Below, one piece after another: positions 1 through 12,751 of a stretch of DNA of 64,000 nt. Where the stretch lies: the NCBI GenBank assembly GCA_964016885.1, contig OZ024741.1, positions 157,542,001-157,606,000 on the forward strand. The letters run 5' to 3'. Each line of letters starts with the position of its first letter. Position 1 is the stretch's first letter. Source of the DNA: Eledone cirrhosa. Its lineage: Eukaryota. The notes below the pieces were generated by a model. That model was not told the DNA's origin and did no database searches. It worked only from the letters and a program-made list of their open reading frames with translations. A program made the translations under genes and the position numbers.

Positions 1-34
1 AGAGATCAAACTTGGTTAAGATATGCCAAGAAGG

Positions 35-570
35 TTTAAAGACGTGCAACCAAGTGAATACCCCCCATCAGGCATCTACCATACTCTGAACGCCTTGCTT
101 CCCTGGGCATCGATACATTGAAGCTCTGACATCTGGCAACTGACTTGGTAAACACCCACAAAATCATTAACCATCTTGCCAACAACAACACTGAGTACCT
201 TTTTGATTTCCATGTGTCTAACACACGTGGGCATGGATACAAAGTCAGAAAAGAGCACAGCTCCCATGATTTTCGGAAACATTTTTTCACGCTCAGAATT
301 GCTGAAGCATGGAACAAACTACCTGCATCAGTTGTTAGCTGTCGAGACACTGCATCCTTTAAAACTTCCATGCTTCCTGAGATTCGCCAACACTATACCT
401 GATATCCCCCCCTCCCCCCCATATAAACACGCACACATGTATTTCATGACTCGTACACTGTTCATTTTCCTGACATTTGTACATTATTCTATCTACTATT
501 CATGCACCTTTGATGAGTTGTAGTGCACCTGAGCACTGTACACAATAATTTCATTATTATTATTATTATT
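35..570 (+). mobile_element. CR1-clade LINE, 5'-truncated 3' fragment
   Basis: Translates to a CR1 ORF2 C-terminus (RRATK..YSERLASLG..TRGHGYK..FFTLRIAEAWNKLPASVV). The 3'UTR ends in (ATT)n. Other copies lie at 17165 and 19908. Confidence 0.85.
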
Positions 571-892
571 ATTTATTATGTTCCTATAATCTGCAAATAG
601 AATGAACTATTTCTTCCAAAGAGTAATCAATAGAGTAATTTAATCCAAAAGACGGCATGCATGCATGCCTCTATCTATACAAATTCAGATACATTGTTAA
701 ATAAGTGATCCCTTCAAAGCATGACTGAAACCAGCAAAAGAATAAAAGAAAAAAAGTATTATTTTTATGACTTAGTCAGAAGAGGACAAGCTATACTACT
801 GAAGCATTTGGAGGCCCTCTATGACTGATGGTTTAGAAAAACAAAAATACCTCATAATCATGAGTCTAACACTCTAACCACTAAACCACACA

Positions 893-1050
893 ACTTCACC
901 AAGGCCATGCTCCTTCACCAACACCCTACCCCTTCACCAACACCCTACCCTTTCACAAATGTTGCCCCCCTTCACCAATGCCATAGCATATCACCAATGT
1001 TACACCTCTTCACCTAAGCCTTGTGTCTTCATTCAAGCTACACCCCTTCA
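893..1050. repeat. Degenerate ~19-20 bp minisatellite (CTTCACCAA.. units), continuing at ~2435-2490 beyond the hAT insertion
   Basis: Repeated cttcaccaa/cttcacca motifs on both sides of the hAT element. Confidence 0.55.
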
Positions 1051-1057
1051 TTTAATA

Positions 1058-2423
1058 CAAAGGTTCTCAACGGGAGGCATATGCATCCTCGGGGAGCGTT
1101 TCGGAACTCCAAGGGGCGTTTGGAGCTGGAGGGGGGATAAGGGGGCGCTGGAAGGCTCTTTACTTTGGTAAGTTTTATAAGCCATATTTGTATGTCTTTG
1201 AGACAGCCAGTGTGAATGCATTTGAATGAGCTTGCAGACAGCATAACTATAGTCTGACCGCAGCTGTGTGCAGGCGTATCTGGTAATTGAGACATTAACT
1301 GGTAATTGAGATCCTAAAAATGGGAAAAAACACAGTCAACTGGGTCAAGGACACTTTGAGCGCAGCCAGTTAGAATCTTATCTTTTCTTCACCGATAACA
1401 ATGTATTTCATAGCTAACGTCGACGATTTGGACGTTAACTTTCAGGAAGAATTCATTGAACTTCAAGCAGATGACATGATCAAAATTAGATTTCCCAAAA
1501 TAGGTGAACCCCTTTTTGGATTGCAAGAGGAAATTCAGCATTGATTTCCACACCTACATGCAGAGGCTAAGAGATTTGCTCTGCCTTTTCCAAGCTCATA
1601 CTTAGTCGAGAGGAGGTTTGGTGCCGTTTCCAGACTGCACAGTAAGGCTCGCAACTGCTACAATGTAATTACACGTGGAGATCTCTGGCTACATCTTAGG
1701 AAAATTGAGCCTTATGTCAAAGAGTTAGCTAGACTCCATGAAGCTCAAGGGTCCCATTGAAATGAGTCAAAGTTAAAGTAAGTTGATTTATCCGAAAACT
1801 TGGATATGCTATTGTTACAAAGCAAACTAACAATTATTTTATTTGTAGTTGCAGTCTGACTGGACTGGAAACCATCTACTATAATTCAATTACTCATTTG
1901 TTGTATATATTTTACCATATATTAATAAATGTACCCTCCAGCGTGGTCATGAAAACCCTCTTCCGTGGTCTCTAAGCTCACAAAGCAGAGGGGACATCAA
2001 GTTAGATATCAACATTTATTCTGTCCGTTTCATTAAAGGGAAAATTGGAAAGCTTTGAAATGATATAATTGCCACTTTCTTCCAGATAAGAGCACTCTTG
2101 GGATAGACAGAGTTGCTCTTGTATTATGTTCAAAATAGCTGGTATCGCCTGGTGGGAATATAACAAATTCAACTGGTCCTTATTCATAAAAAAGAACATT
2201 TATGTTCCTTTTTTTGAAATTTATATATTTCCTTTCAAGGAATGTATTTATACTCTCAGCTGCCTGCAATGGTATCTTTGGAATATTGTTAATCAATTTT
2301 TTAGTAATCTACTGATATCAAAATCAGTAGTATATTGAAAAATGGAAAAATAGGGTAAGGGGGCATTTTGTAATTTCAAGGGACAAAAGGGGGCGTTTGG
2401 TCTAAATGGGTTGAGAACCTGTG
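1058..2423 (+). mobile_element. hAT (Charlie/Buster-like) DNA transposon, internally deleted
   Basis: TIRs CAAAGGTTCTCAAC (1058) and GTTGAGAACCTGTG (ends 2423). 8-bp TSD ATTTAATA/ATTTAGTA. Contains a transposase C-terminal remnant. Confidence 0.85.
1330..1760 (+). pseudogene. hAT transposase C-terminal (dimerisation) domain remnant
   Basis: QEEFIELQADD.. and FALPFPSSYLVERRFGAVSRL..K.RN..RGDLWLHLRKIEP, with stops and frameshifts. Confidence 0.75.
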
Positions 2424-2755
2424 ATTTAGTAGATCATGTCCTTTCATCAAGGCCACTTACCTTCAACTAGGCTATGGCCATTACAAATATATATCATACG
2501 AAAAATAACACAAGAAGGTGTTTTGAGAAAGATTCAGTTTGAATTAGTTTCAATTATATCCACCTAATTATAAAGATGTAAAGGAAAGACTCAGAGCAGA
2601 ACAAATTCTGTCTACAATCCAAGAATTCACAAATTAGTTCTGTGTGTTGAAACAGGTTAATCAAATGGTTAGTCTTCAGTGTGTGAAGACAACAAATCTG
2701 TGTTAATTATCTGTTATATTGTTTTGTTTTGTTTTTTGTTGTTGTTATAGTTTAA

Positions 2756-2972
2756 CCCTTTAATGTTCAAACCGGCCAAAACCGGCCAGAATTCTCTACC
2801 TCTTTCTGTTGAAACTGGCTGTAACTGGTCACTCAAACTGATGTTAAGGTATTGTTTTGAAAATAAATACTTTCAAAATCTCATAGATTCGATATTATGT
2901 GAGATAATTATGTGAGGTAAAGTCTTTACCATGAAAATATAATAGTATATATAGAGTAATGTGAATGCTAAA
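2756..2972. mobile_element. piggyBac-type MITE copy (right end decayed)
   Basis: Starts TTAA-CCCTTT. Body matches the copies at 19184 and 55293. Confidence 0.65.
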
Positions 2973-3744
2973 CATCTTAGACATATGATGAAAAATGCAT
3001 TTGAGTCGTAAACCCTTTTACTTCTGTAAAGAGCAATATTGCAGTTGTTTAGCTGTTGCACATGTTGTTATAGTAGTTTAACATCAAGATAGTCCTGATT
3101 CAGCAGAGTTATGATAAATAGATCCTAGCCATAATCCTCCTTCTTTTTATAGCGCAATATTACAGTGTTTTAGTTGTTAGCTGCAGTAGTTTAATACCAG
3201 GTAAAGCTTGACTGAGCAGACTTGATAAATAAATCAAAACTTTCTCTAAGAGGTTCAGTAACCATGTACAGATATCCTCACTGGCTAGTTTCATTCCATA
3301 TCATGGTTAGGGTTAATTTCTTTAAGCCCCTAGTTCTTAGACAAACATAGACATCATAAAATATTTGAATATGTTGTATGTTGTTCCATCTTCCTAAGAT
3401 TTTGATATGGTTATGTTTGTAATATAACTTTATGGAACAGAGCAGTGGTTAAAAACCTACAACTCATGCAGTTCTTTAACCTATCTTGAGCAACACTTGG
3501 TCTCAACTAATGACTCAAATAGTGAAACAATTTCAGCAAAGATTCAAAGTCATAAATCATAGATTGAGTAAAAAACAGTTAATAAAATTTATAATTTCTT
3601 GTACATATTTTTGTTTATAATATATTATGTGTTTCCGATAGTCTCAATTATAAACTAAAGATAGCTTGACAGTTTGAAAAGGTTTTGAATTGAAAGATAG
3701 TTAAGAAAGATAAGGTAAAATAAATGGAATTGAAAGATAAGAGG

Positions 3745-4350
3745 TTAGCCGATTAAATTGACTCAGTATGTGGCCAGTGCATTATTTCATTGACCCTGGT
3801 GGGTGAAAGGTAATGTTGATTTTGGTGAAATTTGAACACAGAATGTAAAGGATCCAAAGTAAATACCTCAGTCTAGAAATTCCACTAAATAATATTGTTT
3901 CTAACATAGGCACAAGGCCAGATATTTAGAAGAACAGTTTAGATTAGAATATTGACCCCAGTACTTGACTGGTACAATATTTTATCAACCCTGGTGAGAC
4001 AAAAGATAAAGTTGATCTCAGTGAGATTTGGACATAGATTGTAAAGATCCATAACTAAATATGTCAAGACATTTTATCCAACACTTCCCAACACCAGTTT
4101 AAAATATAAATTGGTAAATTTGTGTGTTTTTCAAATCTAATAATGCTTTCTAAATTAGGCACAAGGCAGAAATTTTCAAAAGTGCAGTAGTTAATTATAT
4201 CAAACCCAATATTTGACTGGTACTATTTTCTTGAGTCTGAAGGGATGAAATGCAAAACTTGACCTCTGTGGGATTTGAACTCAGAACAATAACTGCTGTA
4301 ACTGAACACAACAAAGTATTTTGCTTGATGCTTTATCAATTTTGCCAATT
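3745..4350 (-). mobile_element. Cluster of old, diverged tRNA-derived SINE copies (family A-like)
   Basis: Three degenerate repeats of ggcacaaggcc..gaccccagt..ggtac..gaaaggcaaagttgacctc..gatttgaactcaga. Confidence 0.6.
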
Positions 4351-4547
4351 CCCTGGTTTAACCTTTTTCGTACAAAATCATCTGAAATGACCCTTGGTTT
4401 TTACAACACAAAACTGATTATTTTAAAATGTATATATTTATCTAAAAACCTACCATCATAATTTTATTTCACAAACACTAACTTTGTAATGAAAAATTTG
4501 GGAGTGGCAGTGGGATATTTTTGAGCATGTATTCAACATTAAATACT

Positions 4548-4893
4548 ATCATCATTCATCATCATTTCATTTTACGTCCGCTTTTTCCCTGCTTGCAAGG
4601 GTGGGATGGGAACTGATTCTGGCTTGATTTCTACAGCTGGATGCCCTTCCTAACACCAACCTCATTTACAGTGAGTGCTGGGTGCTTGTTTGCCGTGGCA
4701 CCTCCACGACCACTTTGCAGGGGAATGATATGGACCCCAGTCCCTATCATCTCATTTCTACAGCTGAGTAAACTGGAGCAATGTGAAATAAAGTGTCTTG
4801 CTCAAGGAAACAACACATCACCCAATCTGAGAATTGAACTCACAACCTTTCGATTGCAAAGCCAATGCTCTAACCACTAAGCTATGTGCCTCC
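4548..4893 (-). mobile_element. CORE-type tRNA-derived SINE (family B) with RTE-like tail
   Basis: On the minus strand: A-box TGGCTTAGTGG-like, B-box GAGTTCAATTC, CORE-like TGTTTCCTTGAGCAAGACACTT and a (GAT)n tail. Near-identical to 16299 and 39370. Confidence 0.8.
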
Positions 4894-4998
4894 ATCTTTT
4901 AGCGAAATCCTTTAGTTATTTAATTGTGAATAACAAAAATGTATATATATATATATGTGTGTGTGTCTGCATATATATATATATGTGTGTGTGTCTAC

Positions 4999-5029
<31 letters not shown>

Positions 5030-5051
5030 CCTACATATATATATATATACT

Positions 5052-5397
5052 AATATTAAAAAGGATGATTTGGTAGGTCTTCATTACGTTTAATGAGTAG
5101 TGACACATGTTTTACGATTGACAGCTCAAGGTTCGATCTGTATTGATCTGGCCTGACATTGGAATTAAAAGCTCATCGGACTTCTGATGTGGTAATGACA
5201 GAATGATTCTCTTATGGTTTTTCAAAAACAGTGAGATAATCATTCTGTCATTACCACAACAGAAGTTCAATGAGATAATGATTCAAGAGTTGAGCCAGAT
5301 CAATACAGATTAAACATTGAGCTGATCAATCATGAAATGCATGTCACACCTCAATAAATATAATGAAAATTTAACATTCCATCCATTTTATTATTAT
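5052..5397. repeat. Imperfect ~345-bp foldback (inverted repeat)
   Basis: tgtggtaatgacagaatgatt pairs with aatcattctgtcattaccaca. The pairing extends outward (gatctgtattgatctggc / gccagatcaatacagat). Confidence 0.8.
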
Positions 5398-5527
5398 TAT
5401 TACACTCTGCTTAGTACAACACCAAAATACCTACTGGAGACTATGCATTGAGTGCTTACTCTGGTGAACCTACAATACCTTGATGTTACAATCCCTAAAC
5501 TATATATATTATATATATAAGTAATTG

Positions 5528-5780
5528 GCCCTTGCCATTCTGAGTTCAAATCCCGCCGAGGTTAACTTTGCCTTTCATCCTTATGGGGTCGATAAAATAA
5601 AGTACCAGTAATCTACTGGGTAATTGCTGGCCTTGTGCCAAAAGTAGAAACAATTATATATATAAGTAATCCTGCCGAGGTTAACTTTGCCTATCATCCT
5701 TACGGGGTCGATAAAATAAAGTACCAGTAATGTTCTGGGTAATTGCTGGCTTTGTGCCAAAAAGTAGAAACAATTATATA
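5528..5780 (+). mobile_element. Two tandem 3' portions of SINE family A
   Basis: gagttcaaatcccgccgaggttaactttgcctttcatcc..ggccttgtgccaaaagtagaaacaatt, present twice. Confidence 0.8.
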
Positions 5781-6657
5781 TATAAGTAGAAATATAAATG
5801 TTTATAACTGATTCAGAGCACTCGACAGTTTTCTGGAGTAAATATTCAATGATATTAAATATTAAATAAATGGAAACTATTATATATATATATGTCGGTT
5901 GCTATATTTGATTTGCAAAGCTGTCTAAACGTATTCTTATAACTCTGGGGTATTATTCTCCATCGAGTGCTAAGCTGCATTCCGAATCTGCATTCATTAG
6001 CCGCAGCCAAAAGCTTTCTCTTTTTCTGCACACATACTTTTTTGATCTATACAAAAAATACCCTACCACTACAACCACCATAATACTCTTGCTTACCCGC
6101 TTAAAGTGTTGCATTAGATATAACACCTTGCCACACAATAATCGTATATAAATGAGACACACTTGCATGCTCCATGTGTAACTAATGCATACACTACCTA
6201 CTCGATCTGACTATCAAACTATCCTCTTGCATTATCTGTGTTATCTGCCGAATGTATTTTAATTTTAATTTTAATTTTGATTTTGAATTTGAATTGCTGT
6301 ACAAATATAGTATAGTATAATATATGTCACTCCGCTGTACATCAATATATATATATGTATCTGTATGTCTCTTGCGTTGGATAGGAGGTCAATTATGTGT
6401 ACAAACATTGAAAAATGCTCCGAAGACTCCAAGCCTAGGTTTGGATGAAACAATTGTAAGTGAATAAATGCTTTGAACATAGCTTTGATTCTTGTGAATT
6501 CTATATAACTGCTCTGTAGAACAACTGATGTTATTACAATGAGCTATTTATCTTACTGGTAATAAGGTAGTAATAAATTACTGACCTTCCCTGTTTATGG
6601 TTTAAAATATACATAACTATAAAAAGTTTAAAATATACATAACTATAAATAGTATCC

Positions 6658-6696
<39 letters not shown>

Positions 6697-6780
6697 AAAG
6701 GTAAACAGAAATAACAACACAATCTGTACAGTATATGGAAGGTATATATTAGGTTAACGCTTGATATAGCAGGAAGAGGG

Positions 6781-6815
6781 TCTTAACGTTTTGGACGCTA
6801 GTCCTTTATCAGAAG
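6781..6815 (-). ncRNA. Degenerate minimal hammerhead motif
   Basis: Minus strand reads tctt CTGATAA a ggac-tagc-gtcc AAAAC gtta aga. Two core substitutions relative to CUGAUGA/GAAA. Confidence 0.4.
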
Positions 6816-7164
6816 AAAGAATGAGAAATAAAATAGATTGGAGGGACGGGCGGGATGGAATTAGAAAAAATGTCTTTTGGTGTATGTGTGTATATATACA
6901 CATTAGATGTTGATTGGAGAATTAGTTATATAGGATAACAGGATCACAGTGAACACAAACAGAGAATAGAAAATAGAGGACAGGTTTCATACAGGGGTGG
7001 CCTGCCAATTCAGTGTTATTGTAACAGCAAATTCTGAGCAAGATGGTTGGATAACATCCATGAGCTCAGTTGGTCTTGCTGGGGGATCCAGTCATATCAG
7101 TTGGAGACAGTTGCATCTGATGGTACACTCTTGAAGGAGTGTGTGAGGACTCGGCCATATATAT

Positions 7165-7947
7165 ATGTGAGACCTGGGCATTGTGTGCAGAGGATATACG
7201 CAGACTGGAGAGAAACGAAGCTTGCATGCTCCGCTGGATGTGTAATAGTAATATACGTGAACGGCAAAGCATAAACGAACTAAGTGAAAAATTAGGAATA
7301 AGAGGGATCAGATGTTGTTTACTCGAGAGAAGGCTACGTTGGTATGGTCACGTGATGCGCATGAAAGACGACAGCTGTATAACAAAGTGCAGGGCAATAA
7401 AGATAGATGGTAGCCACGGAGTAGGCAGACCCAGAAAAACCTGGGACGACTTGATAAATTCCGACCTCACACACTTACACCTCACCAAGACAATGTCACT
7501 GGACCGAGACCTTTGGTGTTACACAGTCATACAGAAGACCCGCCTTGCCTAAGTACAAAGCGAAACCTACAGTCAGTAGGCACCTCTTAACAAAAATACA
7601 CCCCCGTCCCACTACCCCACCCCATCCACACCACCCCCTTAAATGTGAAGTTATGTTGGTACCACAACATCCAGTCCGAAACAAATGAGGTCGTGTAGGT
7701 GTCACGACAAAAAAAAAAACACATAGTCCACGCTGTAATGTGGCCGTATAGGTAACACGGTAAAAACCTCCCAGTCCACACTGTAAACGTGGTTGGTGTT
7801 AGGAAGGGCATCCAGCCGTAGAAAACCCGCCAGACAGTCCTAAACGAGCAGGACAACAAATTTTGCCTCAAGTGGTAAAACTCCCGTCCAAACCCATGCA
7901 AGCGTGGAAGATGGACGTTAAACGATGATGATGATGATGATGATGAT
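7165..7947 (+). mobile_element. RTE-clade LINE 3' fragment inserted in the left arm
   Basis: ETWAL..RRLERNEACMLRWMC..RRLRWYGHVMRM..GRPRKTW. 3'UTR ends in (GAT)n. Absent from the right arm. Confidence 0.85.
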
Positions 7948-8197
7948 TTATATATTGTTATAGTATTGCCAGAAATTATAATAAAACACACTCACTGTTT
8001 GGTTTGGGTTGTTTTTCAGTTCCATATATTTTATATCCCTATAGTTAATTTAGTTGGTAATCAATGTTTATCATTGATTGACCAACAGTTAAAAATATAG
8101 CTATAAATATAGCTATAGATATATATATATATAGTGGTAGAACACTGGAAGGTAATATCCGTAGTGGTAGAGCACTCAGTCCAAGGGACGAGTTAGG

Positions 8198-8335
8198 TAG
8201 AAGTGGTTACACAACAGTTAGTTCACCATACTGAGAACAATTGTTTCACCTTAGCGGATCCTCAGCTCGTCTGAGGATCCGCTAAGGTGAAACAATTGTT
8301 CTCAGTATGAACTAACTGTTGTGTAACCACTTCTA
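8198..8335. repeat. Near-perfect 138-bp hairpin containing an HHR-like core
   Basis: The arms pair across a 5-nt loop (8266-8270). CTGAGGA-tccgctaaggt-GAAA-caattg begins at 8271. Confidence 0.8.
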
Positions 8336-8354
8336 TATATATATATATATAGTC

Positions 8355-8399
8355 TATCAAAGTTCTTTCATCACACACCTGTGACATCATCAGTGGTAC
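8355..8399 (-). ncRNA. Minimal type-I hammerhead motif (family H2), left arm
   Basis: Minus strand: tacca CTGATGA t gtcaca-ggtg-tgtgat GAAA gaactt tgata. Confidence 0.55.
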
Positions 8400-8459
8400 T
8401 ATAATATTTCCTCCTAATGTATTGTAAAGTTTACTTGTTCGAGAATGAATAAATAAAAT

Positions 8460-11127
8460 GTAGCTCCTATTTCTAGCACACCTAGGGCCCACCATGTTGT
8501 TTCCCCTATTTAGCTGCTATTTCTAGCACATCTATGGACCTCTATGAGATTCCCTCTATTTAGCTGCTATTTCTACCACACCTATGGACCATCAGGAAAT
8601 TCCCCCTATTTAGCTACTATTTCTAGTACACTTATGGACCACCACGATTTTCCCATTATTTAGCTGCTATTTCTTGTACACCTATGGACCACCATGAGGT
8701 TCCCTCTACTTAGCTGCTATCTTTAGCACACCTAGGGATCACCATAAGGTTCCCCCTCTTTAACTGATGTAGCTACAATTTTTAGCAAACCTATAAACCA
8801 CTATGAGGTTCCCCTATTTAGCTGCTGTTTCTAGCACACCTTTTTACCACCATTAGCTTACCCCTATTTAGCTGCTATTTCTAGGACACCTATAGTCAAC
8901 TATGAGTTTGCTCCTATTTAGTTGTTATGGCCTGCATATGGCCCACAATGAGGTTCCCCATGTTTAGCAGATGTAGCTGCTATTTCTAAATCACTTATGG
9001 ACCACCACGAGTTTCCTCTTATTTAGCTGCTATTTCTAGCATACCTATTGACCTCTATGAGGTTCCCGTGTTCAGAAGATGTAGCTGCTATTTTCAAAAG
9101 ACCTATGGATCCTAATAACGTTCCCCCTGATTAGCTGATGTAGCTATTATTTCTAGCACACCTATGGACCACTATGAGGTTACCCCGATATAGATGCTAT
9201 TTCTAGCACACCTATAAACCACTATGAGGTTCCTCCTATTTAGCTGCTATTTCTACCACACCTATGGATCACAATGAGGTTCCCCCTATCTAGCTACAAT
9301 TTCTAGCGCACCTATTGATCACCATGAGGGGCCCCCTATTTAACTGCTATTTCTAGCAAAACTACGGACCACGATGAGGTTCCTCCTATTTAGCTGCTAT
9401 TTCTAGCATACCTATGGACCACAATGAGGGTCCCCTATTTACCTCCTATTTCTAGTTTACCTATAAACCACAATGAGGTTCGCCCTATTTCACTGCTATT
9501 TCTAGCACACATATAGAATACCATGAGGTTCTTTCTATTTAGCTTCTATTTCTGGAACACCCATGGACCACCATGTGGTTCCCCTACATAGCTACTATTT
9601 CTAGCACTCCTATGGACCACCATGAGATTCTCCTATTTAGCTGCTATTTCTAGAATGCCTTTAGACTAACACAAACTTCCCCGTATTTAGCTTCTATTTC
9701 TAGCACACATATGGACTACCATGTGGTTCCCTCTATTTAGCTGCTATTTCTAGCACACCTATGGACCAACATGAGGTTCTTCCTATTTAGCTGATATTTC
9801 TAGCACAGCTATGGACCACCATGAGGTTCCCTTATTTGGCAGCTATTTCTAGCACACCTATAGACCTCCGAAAGGTTCCTCCTATTTAGTGCTATTTCCA
9901 GCACACCTATGGACCACAATGAGGACCCTCAATCTGGGTTCTATTTCTAGCACAGCTATAGACTACCATGATATTCCCAATATTTAGCTTCTATTTCTAG
10001 CACACCCATGGACTACATTCAGGTCCCCTGTACAACTAATGTAGATGTTATTTCTACCACACCTATGGACCATGAAGTTCCTTCTATTTAGCTGCTATTT
10101 CTACCACGCCTATGGACCAACATAAGGTTCCTTCTATTTAGCTGCTATCTCTAGCACACGTATGGACCACCATGAAGTTCCACTCTTTACTTGCTATTGT
10201 AACAGAACTTTATGAGATTCCTCTTGTTTAGGTGATGTTGCTGCTATTTCTAGCACTCCTGTGGACCACCCTCGGGTCCCACTATTTACTTGCTATTTCT
10301 AGCACACCTATGGACTTCTATGAGGTTCCCCCTGTTTAGATGATGTAGGTGCTATTTCTAGTATACCTATGGATCCCCATGTGGTTCAACCTATTTAACT
10401 ACTATTTCTAGCACACCTATAGCCCATCTTGAGGTTCCCCCTATTTAGCTGCCAATTCTAGCACACCTATGGAGCACCAAGAAGTTCCTACTATTTATCT
10501 GCTATTTTTAGCACACCTATGAACCACCACGAGGTTCCCCCTATTTAGCTGCATTTTCTATCACACCTATGGACTACCCAGTGGTTCCCCCTATTTAGCT
10601 GCATTTTCTATCACACCTATGGACTACCAAGTGGTTCCCCCTATTTAGCTGCATTTTCTATCACACCTATGGACTACCAAGTGGTTCCCGCTATTTAGCT
10701 GCTAATTCTAGCACACCTATGGACGACAATGAAAATTCCCTGTTTAGCTGATGTAGGTTCTATTTCTAGAACACCTATGGACCACCATGAGGTTCCCCCA
10801 TTTTAGCTGTTATTTTTAACACATTTATGGACCACCATCAGGTGTCCCCTATAGAACTGCTATTTTTAGCATACCTACGGACCACCATAAGGTTCCCCTT
10901 GCTTAGCTGATGTAGCTGCTATTTCTAGCAAACCCATGGACCATTATGAGGTTCCTCTTATTTAGCTACTATTTCTAGCACACCTGTGGACCACCATGAG
11001 GTTTCCCTATTCAGCTACTATTTCTAGCACACATATGGGTCTCCATGTGGCTCCCTCCATCAGTCACTATTTCTAGCACACCTATGGACCTCTATGAGGT
11101 TCGCCCTGTTTAGATCATGTAGCTGTT
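8460..11127 (+). repeat. Satellite array, 50-bp unit with 59-bp variants, ~50 copies
   Basis: Consensus TATTTAGCTGCTATTTCTAGCACACCTATGGACCACCATGAGGTTCCCCC. An exact 50-bp period is visible at 10541/10591/10641/10691. Variants carry a 9-bp GCTGATGTA insertion. Confidence 0.95.
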
Positions 11128-11254
11128 TAGACAGCTAATTGTGGGAGAATAACACAATACTGCTATAGATATAAACAGAAGTTTATGATTGTTTATAGAC
11201 ATAAACAGAAGTAATGATTTTTTATTAGAAAAGGGAAAACAGACAACAGAAGAG

Positions 11255-12377
11255 TTTTTTTTTTATTTTTTACGTTATATTTCAGGTTTTATTGTGTTGT
11301 ATCAGATGAAAGAATGGTATTTAACTAATGTATTGGTACGCGATGGGGCCCACCCACAGCCCCGGCGGACAGAATGGAGAAGGCGTTTCCCCGGAGGACG
11401 GCAAGGGAGACGCGCTGGAAAAGCCACTCCAACTCGCGGGGCTCACACCTGCGGCTGGCCAGCTCAGCGCCTATGGTGGTGAGTAAGGAGATAGCCCTGG
11501 GGCCGAGGACACCAGAAGTTTCCACTTCCAGGGGTACGACCGCAAACCTGTCGGAGAGCGACCGATATTTGAGGAGTTTGGCCCCCTCAGCCCGACGTGC
11601 AGCAGAACCTGGGTCAGTCGCAGACTGCACCAGGTTGCGGCTGCAGAAAGTGTCGGTGCAAGTGGCATCCCAGACGAGGGGTTTGCCACCGCGGAACGGG
11701 AAGATGGTCATGCCATCTGGCCTTTTGCCGTCCCCTCTATCTAGCCCCACCGGCTCGAGCTGGGAAGGGAAGCCTGCAGCGTCCAAGCCATGCTTAATGA
11801 CCTCGTTGAGGGCAGTATGGCGTGGAAGGTGGCCGGCACTGTGGCGACAGGAAAGCGGATGGAGGCCGAAAGAGTCCACAGTGAAACCGCAGCGACATTG
11901 GTGTGGCTGGCAGATCCGGAGGCCGAGCCTCAGGGAAATGCCGATTCGCAGGCTATGGTTGTCTAGCTGCGTGCCAGTGGAGAAGGAGGGCAGAGCATGG
12001 AGCCAGACACCACTGTGGGGTTTGGAGGCCGCACGAAAACAAGCAAGGTGGTGCTGGTCGAGCTGGCGCGGGAGCCTGTCTGAGGCCAGGCTGCATTGGA
12101 TGGCATCCCAAGTGCGTTGGAGGGACTTGACGTCAACAAGGGGAGAAGGAGGAGGGACGTCTACTGGGCTAATTCCCATCCGGTCCCACGTCTCACAGGC
12201 GGCCTCACGTTCTCTGAACACAGAGGGTTCTGTTGTGTTTTGAAGAACCCTGCTGACGAGGACGCGGCACGAGGTTGCCGACAAAAGATACGCCGGCAAA
12301 CTAGTGAGATCGGGGACCGGAGGCCTAGGCCGCCATACCTGACCGGTAAAGTGGCCTGTTGCCACCCTATGTCGTCA
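11255..12377 (-). mobile_element. CRE-like non-LTR retrotransposon, 5'-truncated (CCHC-type finger + RLE)
   Basis: ORF 11325-12365 has CRCG..DSFGLHPLSC..HTALN..KRPDGMTIFPF..LVWDATC..K..KY..VETSG. It is followed by AATAAA and a poly(A) tail. Candidate TSD AAGAGTT (11250/12378). GC-rich relative to the flanks. Confidence 0.8.
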
Positions 12378-12439
12378 AAGAGTTCTCATTTTGACTCCTG
12401 TCAGAAATGTTCTGCCAATTTTCAGTACATTCTTTGACT

Positions 12440-12582
12440 CATAGAGTTACGGCCCTTGCCATTCTGAGTTCGAATCCTGCCGAGGTTAACTTTGCCTTTC
12501 ATCCTTACGGGATCGATAAAATAAAGTACCAGTAATGCACTGGTTAATTGCTGGCCTTGTGCCAAAAAGTAGAAACAATTAT
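12440..12582 (+). mobile_element. SINE family A fragment
   Basis: Same core as the other family A copies. Confidence 0.8.
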
Positions 12583-12751
12583 TTTCAGTACATTCATCCA
12601 CCTGCTTCTCGCGGATACTACAGCAGACGCCAAAACACAACACTTGAAAGCAGTTTCTAAATTTAAAATTTAAATCAAAAACCAAAACAAGACATTTTGA
12701 TGGAGGGTATTTAATTCACAAAATATAAGGACAAAATAATAATAAAGGTTT

